A stretch of 64,000 bases of DNA from the human T2T-CHM13v2.0 reference genome, Homo sapiens: assembly GCF_009914755.1 (NCBI RefSeq), contig NC_060935.1; one strand, 5' to 3'. Numbering within the stretch: the stretch's first letter is position 1; every line of letters starts with the position of its first letter. Made by a program: the position numbers and the translations under genes. This document shows, in pieces, positions 37,958 to 47,565 of this stretch. The notes under the pieces were generated by a model. The model was not told where the DNA came from. It did no database searches and saw nothing but the letters and a program-made list of their open reading frames with translations.

Positions 37958-37973
37958 TTTAATAGCTTTTAAT
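37958..37973 (-). terminator. Tandem ATTAAA polyadenylation signals of FGF4
   Basis: Minus strand reads ATTAAAagctATTAAA, followed by U/GU-rich downstream sequence. Repeats resume to the left. Confidence 0.65.
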
Positions 37974-38598
37974 TCCTTTCCCAGTTGTGTACATCCAGTC
38001 CAGTGGTGTCTTTTTATACACGATAAACGCTTATCATTGTCGGTCAGCATGTCAATGTGCACAGCACATACATCACAACGAGGGTCGGCACCTGTATAAA
38101 ACTACAGATTCTGAAAACAGTGGCACATACAGGAACCTCGAATCCCCATCACAGCAATATGAAAACAATATTTTAAAGGTACAGTTGTGTTCCTACAGGC
38201 ATCACACATGATTTGTTGAAGAAATATCTATAAGAAGTGGTCAAGGGTGATCAAACCTAACACATGTTAATTCCTGACAATCTGATTGGGCTCTGAGACA
38301 AGAAATCTCATAATAATTTAAGGCATTTAAGACAATCATGGTTTGTTACTAAGTGAATACATTAAAATTCAGAAAGTCGACGGATGATCCCTCCACACCC
38401 CCCAACGCCAAACAGCATGGAGACCTACAAACACCATCTTTCCTGAACACTCCTGGAGCCTAGGGTGTGGTTTAAAACTTAAAAACAGTTTAGTGCATGG
38501 TAGGAACAGCAGTTTAAGATGTGTGGTCCTGTCTTAGCGGCTTTGCAAGTGTCTTCTTTCTTCCAGGCCTTGGTTAAGAATAGTATTTTAAGTCGATG

Positions 38599-38616
38599 AT
38601 TTGCATTCGAACAAAG
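38599..38616 (-). promoter_or_regulatory. SOX2-OCT4 composite element of the FGF4 3' UTR (ES/EC-cell) enhancer
   Basis: Minus strand reads CTTTGTT CGA ATGCAAAT: HMG site, 3-bp spacer, perfect octamer. This is the textbook FGF4 enhancer geometry. GT boxes are nearby (CCACACCC ~38393, GGGTGTGG 38463-38470). Confidence 0.93.
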
Positions 38617-40230
38617 AGTTTTCAAAAGGAATGTGAAAGACAAAAACTCCAATCAGATTTTCCAGTCTTGCTGTCTGTAGACTCCCATAAAGTTAATTCG
38701 GGAGACAGTTCAGAAACATCCTAGGAGAGTATTAAAGTCTTGACGAAACATTCGGAGCATTTCTGGTAGCAAGCTAAGGTCATTTTGTATAAACTCTAAA
38801 AAGTCATTCATTAAAATTAAATGTTTGCCATCACCTCGGAACTTTTTTTAAACATCACCGACCCTGCCTCTTCCACGGTTGCTTCAATGACAGGGGTTAC
38901 ATTTGTAAAATATATAAAGAAAAATATAAGGTTACTTGGTGACCATATAGTGTACTGTAACAGCTGTCTGCAAATATTTTCACCATGATCACCCTTACTA
39001 AAAGTAAATCACAGGGTAAAGATAGCTCAAACGTGACAAGGTTCGAATGGGACGCACCGACGCTATCTGCAATCCTTTTTGGCTACATATGGAAAAAAAG
39101 CCACTTGGGATGGCAAACTCCTGCACCGGGTATGAGCTTTCTGTGGGTTTTGCCTGGGGTTTCAGGGCTTGTGAGGTAGATGTTAAACGCACTTAAACAG
39201 GGAATGCATCAGAAAGCAGCAGGCTGCTCCACGCAAACACTGCACCAAGTGCTTTGTACAATTACAAGGACATTTCACCTAAAAATCGTAGCTAGTTCTA
39301 GCCCAAAGCTCCCTAAACACAGGGAAGCCCGTTTTGGGGGTGGGGCGGGGGGTTCGATGGTTTGTTTTCAAAAACATATTCTATCACACCATCAGAAGCA
39401 TCTGCCATCACAAATTATTTTTCATCACTAGGGTTTTGTTTGTGATTGCAAATACACTATCTTGTCCATTTCTAGCCTTCCAGTGGGATATTGATTCCTC
39501 TCCATGGAATTTATGAAAGAGCTTCGTCTTTTCCCCAATAGTCACAGCGATGGGGGCTGTCGCTGATCCAAAAAAGGCAAACAGGAGTTTATAAAGTTGT
39601 CCAAGGGTCTCTCCCATCTGGTAGATCGAGGAAGATTGACTACAGGAAAGTTCAAAGGTCAGTCTTGGCAGATCTAAAAACAGAGTGGCAGCGAGGACTT
39701 CAACACCGCACTTTCTGTACCCGAAGTAAACCGATATGTCCCGATTAATAGCAACAGGGCACAAAGGGAGTGGGCCTCTGAGGATGCTAGCCGAGAGCCA
39801 AGCCTGGGAGCTCCCTGAACTGGCTGCCCAAGCCTCAGGCGGGCCTTTCCAGACAGAGATGCTCCACGCCATACTACAGGGGATGACATCGGAATCCAAT
39901 GTCACCTTTTTTTAAAACACAGAATAGCAGCACACTCGTGACAACTTTTGACAAGTTAAAGAAATCCAATGGTAAGATTCTCCACTGTTGCACCAGAAAA
40001 GTCAGAGTTGGTTTTTTGTTTTGTCTTTTTTTCCCCCCAGAAAATTAAAAAACACACCCGCAGAACTATAAATAATTTGGTGGCAATATATACACATTTA
40101 AATAATTAATTTAAATATCTTACACCTACTCTTGCATTAAACTCTTCATCCGAAGAAAGTGCACCAAGGTGACTCTCGGCACTGCCCTCCCAGGGGCTTC
40201 CCGAGGCTGAGGCAAGGGTCCTCTGGAGGG

Positions 40231-40407
40231 TCACAGCCTGGGGAGGAAGTGGGTGACCTTCATGGTGGGCGACACTCGGTTCCCCTTCTTGGTCTTCCCA
40301 TTCTTGCTCAGGGCGATGAACATGCCGGGGTACTTGTAGGACTCGTAGGCGTTGTAGTTGTTGGGAAGGAGAATCTCCTTGAACGTGCACTCATCGGTGA
40401 AGAAGGG
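40231..40407 (-). CDS. FGF4: FGF4 coding exon 3 (177 nt including TGA)
   Basis: Acceptor ctgcag| ends at 40408. Encodes [58 protein letters not shown]. The three exons total 621 nt = 206 aa + stop. Confidence 0.98.
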   Translation of the reverse strand, partial: PFFTDECTFKEILLPNNYNAYESYKYPGMFIALSKNGKTKKGNRVSPTMKVTHFLPRL

Positions 40408-40945
40408 CTGCAGCAAAGCAGGGCAGTGTCAGGGCTGGGGCACCTCTTGGGCAAGGTACCCAGCCTGAAGCCAGGGGTCAGAACCCCCTTCTGTCCCACC
40501 CCCCACCCTGGGCTGAGATGTCTCTGCTGAGCAGTTAAGGTGTCAAGACCCACACAGGGTGAGAAGGGGACATGGCCAGCCCACAACAGCTGGTGCTCTC
40601 ACCACCTGCCCTGCACCTAGCAGCCAGAGAATTCATTCCCTCCGTGTCCAGCCTCAAGCCCGCAGTTCCAACACTGAGACCTACCCCTCTGGACTAGAGA
40701 AGGGAAGGGCTCTCAATAGCGCCCTTTCCTCGGTCTGGGAGGGGCCCACTCAGGGATGGCAGGAACCTCATTGTTCCTGCCTTGGGGCTGCTTCCTTTGT
40801 CTGGGGAGGCCTGCCGGTCCCGTGACCTGGTGACCCTGCCACCCCTCCAAGACCCAGGCACAGGTGGGGCTGGAGAAGCCACAAGCCTGCTAGCCATGTC
40901 CGCTGTTCCCAACTAGGTGCCTAGCCAGACCCCTGCGGTACTCAC

Positions 40946-41049
40946 CGAGCCATAGAGCTTGCCCTTGCTGCTCATGGCCACGAAGAACCGGCTGGCCACG
41001 CCGAAGATGCTCACCACGCCCCGCTCCACGGGCGAGAGCTCCAGCAGGC
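40946..41049 (-). CDS. FGF4: FGF4 coding exon 2 (104 nt)
   Basis: Acceptor ccccag| ends at 41050. Encodes (S)[34 protein letters not shown]. Donor GTGAGT at 40945. Confidence 0.98.
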
Positions 41050-41666
41050 CTGGGGGCGGGGCGCAGGTCATTGCGGGGCAGGTGATCCCTGGCCCACTCC
41101 GCCCCTCGGCTTGTTCGCCTCCGGGGACCCTATTTCTGGGGTGGGGTTGGGGATAAAGGGCCAGGGTTCCCGGCGCAGCCGCCCCCAAGGGCCTCCAGAG
41201 CCCAAGCTGCCCTCTAGGGCCTCCGGAGCCCAAGCCTGCGCTAGCTCAGATTAGCTTGCCTGTGTAGGGGACCCCCGGCGGCCGCACCCAGTCCCAGACC
41301 TTCAGACGCGAGCCCGACCCCAGCGGTTCCCCAGCGTGGGCCAGGCCGGGGCGCGTGTCTCGGGCCCCCTGTGGCTGCACCGCGCGCCCTGTGCCCACGG
41401 GCGAAGGCGCTGGAATTCGGCGCTCGGAGCCCGAGTTTCTGAAGGCGGGAGGCGGCGCCCGGCCTCAGGGGTTGCGCTGGGCTGCCGGAGCCAAGAGTGT
41501 CTGCGTCCCCAGCCCCGCGTCAGAAGGGACCGGAGCCCGAGTCCGCCCCGGTTCCCGGGGCCCCCGAGCAGGTGCCCGCCGAGGGTCTCAGAGTGTGACT
41601 GAGCGGGTTGGCCCGGCGGCCGTTGCCCCCCGCCCCCGCCCCTTCGCGCCTGGCCGCGCCACTCAC

Positions 41667-42006
41667 TGTCGCGGGTGTCCGCGTGCGCGCCGCCGATGCG
41701 GCCGTCGGGGAGCGCCTGGAGGTGGAAGCCGATGCCCACGTTGCAGTAGAGCCGCCGCAGCCGCTTGATGCCCAGCAGGTAGTCGCCGGCGCCGCTCTGG
41801 ACGGCCGCCTCCTTGGGCTGCGCTGCCACCGGCAGGCGCGCCAACGAGAGCGCCACCAGGCTCTCCCAGCGGCGCTCCAGCTCGGCCTCCAGCGTGCCGT
41901 TGGGTGCAGTGGGTGCGGCGGCGCCCCCTCGGCCCGCCCAGGGCGCCAGCAAGGCCAGCAGGACCGCCGGGAGCAGCGCTACCGCGGCCGTCCCGGGCCC
42001 CGACAT
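41667..42006 (-). CDS. FGF4: FGF4 coding exon 1 (340 nt; signal peptide, N-glycosylation sequon NGT, start of FGF core)
   Basis: Translates [28 protein letters not shown]...[37 protein letters not shown], the FGF4 N-terminus. Donor A|GTGAGT starts at 41666 (phase 1). Confidence 0.98.
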
Positions 42007-42279
42007 CCCGGCCCGAGGGCCGTGCGTCGGTCAGGCGGTCAGTGCGCCCGGGAAGCTGGGGGGCAGAGCTGCGCCTGTGGCGTCCCGCGGGAGCGCACGG
42101 CCGACCTCGGGCAGGAGTGCGCAACCGAGGAGGTGCGGGAGGCAAGCGACGGGGCCCCCGGGCGCCGGGCTCTACCCCGGCTGCATGGAGCGGCGAGCCG
42201 GGCGGAAAGCGCGCGGCTGGAGCTGGGACTCTGAGGAGCAGTGCGCGCCTCCCTGAGCGCCAGGCCCGCCCGAGGCCGA

Positions 42280-42515
42280 GCCGCTATATATATAGCCCGG
42301 CGCCCCCTCCTACTCGCCCGCTCCCGCGGGGGGCCGTTCGCGTTCTCCTGGGCGCCCGGGGCGCTGTGGCGTTCGCGGCTGGTCGCAGGCCGCCTGCCAA
42401 TCAGGGCCGGGGGAAGGGAGGAGGCTGGGGACTAGCGCCGCGAGTGCCACCTGGAGGGACCCCGGCCCCCACCCTTGGCTCCGCCCGGCCCACGGACCTG
42501 TTCGTCCCGCCCCTT
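42280..42515 (-). promoter_or_regulatory. FGF4: FGF4 core and proximal promoter: TATA box, inverted CCAAT box, GC boxes
   Basis: TATATATATA at 42285-42294, CCAAT (plus strand) at 42397-42401, CCGCCC boxes near 42481 and 42507. This matches the known NF-Y/Sp1-type FGF4 promoter layout. Confidence 0.85.
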
Positions 42516-44979
42516 GGCGGCTCCTACACTTCTGCTTTTCAGCCAGTTTTGCCTCTTGCACTTTGTCCCTGCCTGTCCCCGTCCCCGTCTCCCTCTCTGC
42601 TCCGGCCGCCTTGGCGCAGCCCTAACTCGGGCATCCGAAGCTCCTAGTGGGCGCAGAAGCCAGCGGCTGCTGCCTGCCCTTCGCCTTTCGGAGGCTCACG
42701 GGAACTTGGTTCCTTTGCTGGGGCCTTGAGGACCGGCCTGGGAAGGAGGGGTGGATAAGAGCAGTAAGCGACACCGGGGCCTGGCTGGGCAAGGGAGGAC
42801 CCTTTGGCTACAGGCGGGAGGGAGGCCACCCCCACCCCCTAGGTCTTGGCCCCACAGGCTTGGCGCGTTTCTGGGCTGGAGTTCTGAATACCTGGTGGAG
42901 GTCCACCTGAGCCAAAGGGCAAGGTGGCAGAGATGCACCCAGGGAGGCCTGGTCCTGCACCCCCTACACACACACCCTTCCGTGAAAGGACAGGTAGCAG
43001 GGCATAGGGCCAGAGGGGATATTCAGCATCCCCTGCTCCTTTGATTCCACAGCAGAAATATCCATGTACCATAGCCAGAGCCCTCAATCTAGCAGGGACC
43101 CAGGCCAGGCCTCTGGAAGCCTCCCCTCTCTCACTCATGGTTCTACCTCCCACTGTGCCCATTATGGCCTGATGGGGACTGGCCTAGCTAGATGCAGGCC
43201 CACCTAGGTGTGAAAACCCCTGTTCTTTGTGGTCCCTGAGGAGCCTGCCTGGCCCTTCCTGCAGGCCCGCCTAGCCACAGCTGCAGGGGGCTTGGTGCCT
43301 ACCCCATCTCTCATACCACCAGCACCTGTGACCAGAGATGTCCCCAGGCCACCGCAGCCTCCTCCACCTCCACCGCATCCCCACAGGGAGATTCCTGGGA
43401 CCCCTTCAGAACCCTGCTGGGGCTTATTCGTGCCCCTGGAGGGGACCTGGGAGGCTTGAGGGCTCTTCTCTGAGGTGCAGAAAGGGGGGCACTTGGGGGT
43501 CATCAAGTGGCTTTGGCAGGACCGGAACCTCAGCTCCGCACCCCTTGAGAGGATCTTTGTTCCTCCTTGGGCCTGCAGCCTGCTTGGGCAGCGCCACCCA
43601 GACCTGGACCTTCCTGGGCTGCAGCTCACAGCTTCGAGATGCAACCCGGCTGCCTCTGGGTCCTGGGGTCCCCCAGATGAGCCTGCAGATCTGGTGCCAA
43701 ATAGACATCGTTGGCCAGGGTGCAGGGTGCAGGGTGCAGGGGACCTAGAACCCATCCCTCACTTGCTGTGTTGTCTTTCCATCTCTAGGTCCCTGACTCC
43801 CCATTTGCAAAATGACATGGGAGGTGGGCTTTCCTCCCTCAGCCTGGGGCCACCCGAACACACCCTCTGGGGAAGTGAGACCCAGGCCTGGAGACCCACC
43901 TGTGCCAGCTGACCTGAGCAGAGGGACTCTGATGTCTTCCCCCGGCTTTTGATAGGATGAGGCTCCTTTCTTCCCAGGACTCCCACAGCAAGCTCAATTT
44001 AGGGCTTCCCAAGGACCCCTCCCTGTCTCTCCTATTTGCTGTGAGTTCAGCAAAGGACGCTGCAGGCAGCTGATATATCTCCCAGAACTGCAGGCCCACC
44101 CACACAGGATAGGTGCTTGTGGTGACTGGGGACTGACAGCCAGCAGGGCTTTTGGGAGCTGGGAATTCCCAGCAGAACTGATCTGGAATCTGGCTTCCAC
44201 TTTGCTCCGGGGGCTCCCTGAGCACACTCTCAACCTCCGCAGGCCCTGGCCTCCTCAGCTGTGCAATGGAGGCAACAAAAGCACAGGTAAGGATGAATTG
44301 CGGATGAAGGATGCACCAGGAAGCACTCACTTATCTGCATCTGACCCCTTTCCGTGCCCCTGGCCCTTGACCTGGCTTCCCACCTGCTTCCTTTCTGCTC
44401 CTGTGTTCCCGCCATGCTGACCGCGTCATCTCTCCCCTTCCCACTGGATGACCCCCGGCCCCAGATCTTCCTGCCAATGACTTATCCCATTCAGGTTTGC
44501 CTGAATGGAGAAGCCACTCCATTGGAGTAGCCACTCGGGGATGCCTTCTGGATCCCCTGCCCAGTCCTTCTGGTTGGAGCTTCTTTGAGCTCTTAAGAGA
44601 ACCTTCTGCACTTGTTAGCTGACCCTCCACCGCATTTAGATTGTCACCTCCATGGAGCAAGCCCGGATTTGTGTTGTTGCCAGTTGTACCTCCAGTGCTG
44701 GGCACATAGTAGGTGCTCAATAGCTGTTTGTGAGTAAATGGCTGGCTAGGTACACTAGGAGCTCATCCATCAGCAATCCTCACTGCAAGCTGCCCTGCCC
44801 AATCTGCCACTGTGCCCCGGGGCAGACAAACAGAGGTACCTGCAAAGGCCTCAGGCAGAGCTGCCCCCATGGGAAGGTCTGCATTGCCTTTTTTTTTCTT
44901 TATGTGAAAGAAATAGTTGGACCAAGGTGACTAAATCTTTTCCAGATCTGGTTACTTCTCAGCAGAGGGACAAGGGGAC

Positions 44980-45431
<452 letters not shown>

Positions 45432-46222
45432 TAGTTGTATAACCTTACGCTATTTCACTTCTTAGCATTCTCAGTTTCCCCATCTGTAAAATGGGCATGA
45501 GCTGATGTCGGCCTTAGCAAGACAGTGCCTGACCTCAGGAAGAGGCTGAGCAAAGTGAGCTGTTTAGACTGCAAGCCCCTTGGGGGTGGTTCAAACTGGG
45601 TCTGATTAACAGTAAATGCTGGGAATTTGTGAAATAAACAAAGCCATGTCATTATCGGGTGGAAGTCTCCCTGTACGTCATCAGCCACTGGAGGGGTAAT
45701 AAATTGAGGGAGAGGAGCAAAGGCCCAGAAAGCCTCCTAACAGTGACCTTTTTCGACCTCCAAAAAAAAAAAAACAACAATGTAGGATCTTCATGTGAAT
45801 GGTCCCGTCTCCCGTGAAGGAGTGAAGAGGCTTCTCAGAGCCACCAGCTCAGGTGTTAGCTGTTAAGAACTTACTTGGCTTAATAGTAATAATAATAAAA
45901 AAGAAAGTGCTGCATAATAGTCCACTTATAGTCCTCAGGGCAAAATGACTGAGCTCAGCCCGGGGCAAGGGCCCAGGCTGTGTAAACTTTGTAAATAGCT
46001 CAACTGCTTTCTCAATTCAACTTCCCTTTCTTGGCTTCAGCAAGACACCCTCACAATGATGTCTTTCTGCAAAAGTCCAGGAGGATGATAAGGCCGGTGG
46101 GATAGACTGGTCTACACTGAGCCGAAGCACCCCAAAGCAAGTGGCATGTTTTTCTTTAGGACCTTCAGAATAAGGGGAGATTGAGCCAATTTTTTTTTTT
46201 AGCTTTTTAAAAAATGGTGTTA

Positions 46223-46864
<642 letters not shown>

Positions 46865-46869
46865 CTGAT

Positions 46870-47565
46870 GTTAACTATTTTTTAAAAGACTTTTTTCAGA
46901 GCAGTTTTAAGTTCACAGCAAAATGGAGAGGAAGGTACAGAGAGTTCCCTTACACCCTCTGTCCCCACACACTCACAGCCTCTCTCATTTTAGCCATTGT
47001 TAAGTGCACGGGTAAGTGGCATTAAGGACACTCACATTCTAGTGCAACCATCACCACCATCCATCTCCAGATGGTTTTCATCTTCCCAAACTGAAACTCC
47101 ATGCCCATTAAACACTCGCTCCCCATTCGGCTCCCCCAGCCCCGGCACCCACCATCTTCGCTTTCTGTGTCTACGAATTTGACTACTTAGGGACCTCATG
47201 AGTGGAATCACACAATGTTTGTCCTTTTTGTATCTGGCTGATTTCACTTAGCATAACATCATCAAGATTCATCCACGATGTAGCATGTGTGGGAATTTGC
47301 TTTCTTTTTTTCTTTTTTAGAGGCTGAATAATATTCCAGGTATGGATGGGCCACGTTTTATTTATTTACTTATCTGTCAGCGGTCCCTGAGCTGCTCCCA
47401 CCTTTTGGCTACTGTGGACGATGCTGCTGTGAACCTCGGTGTGCAAATATCTGTTTGAGTTCCTGCTTTCATTTCTTGTGGGAATATGCCCAGAAATGGA
47501 ATTGCTGGATGAGGTGATAATTCTATGTTTAAGTTTTTGAGAAACTGCCATACTGTTTTCCATGT
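46870..47565 (-). mobile_element. Old L1M (L1MB-like) 3' end
   Basis: gtgcaaccatcaccaccatccatctccag...ctgatttcacttagcataacatcatcaagattcatccacgatgtagcatgtgt...gaaactgccatactgttttccat. Confidence 0.8.

Larger units (their letters stand above)
37945..42265 (-). other. FGF4: FGF4 transcription unit (approximate TSS to approximate polyA site), including a ~2.3 kb 3' UTR
   Basis: TSS inferred ~25-30 nt downstream of the TATA at 42285-42294. 3' end inferred from two ATTAAA signals at 37968-37973 and 37958-37963. The UTR is free of Alus. Confidence 0.75.
40900..42800. promoter_or_regulatory. CpG island over the FGF4 promoter, exon 1, intron 1 and exon 2
   Basis: Very high GC content and dense CpG compared with CpG-depleted flanks (visual estimate). 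Confidence 0.9.

Noticed and set aside
39545-39565. Small inverted repeat cagcga...tcgctg in the FGF4 3' UTR
   Set aside because: Only a 6-bp stem on the mRNA strand; within chance expectation.
40231-41233. ORF-track starts at 40416 and 41233
   Set aside because: Both starts are intronic; the true exon boundaries are 40407 and 41049.
41302-42006. 234-aa ORF as the full FGF4 product
   Set aside because: Exon 1 read-through into intron 1. FGF homology stops at the consensus donor at 41666.
41336-42729. Antisense and overlapping ORFs of 137-247 aa across the CpG island
   Set aside because: Expected in very GC-rich DNA; mostly non-ATG starts and low-complexity R/P/G/A composition.
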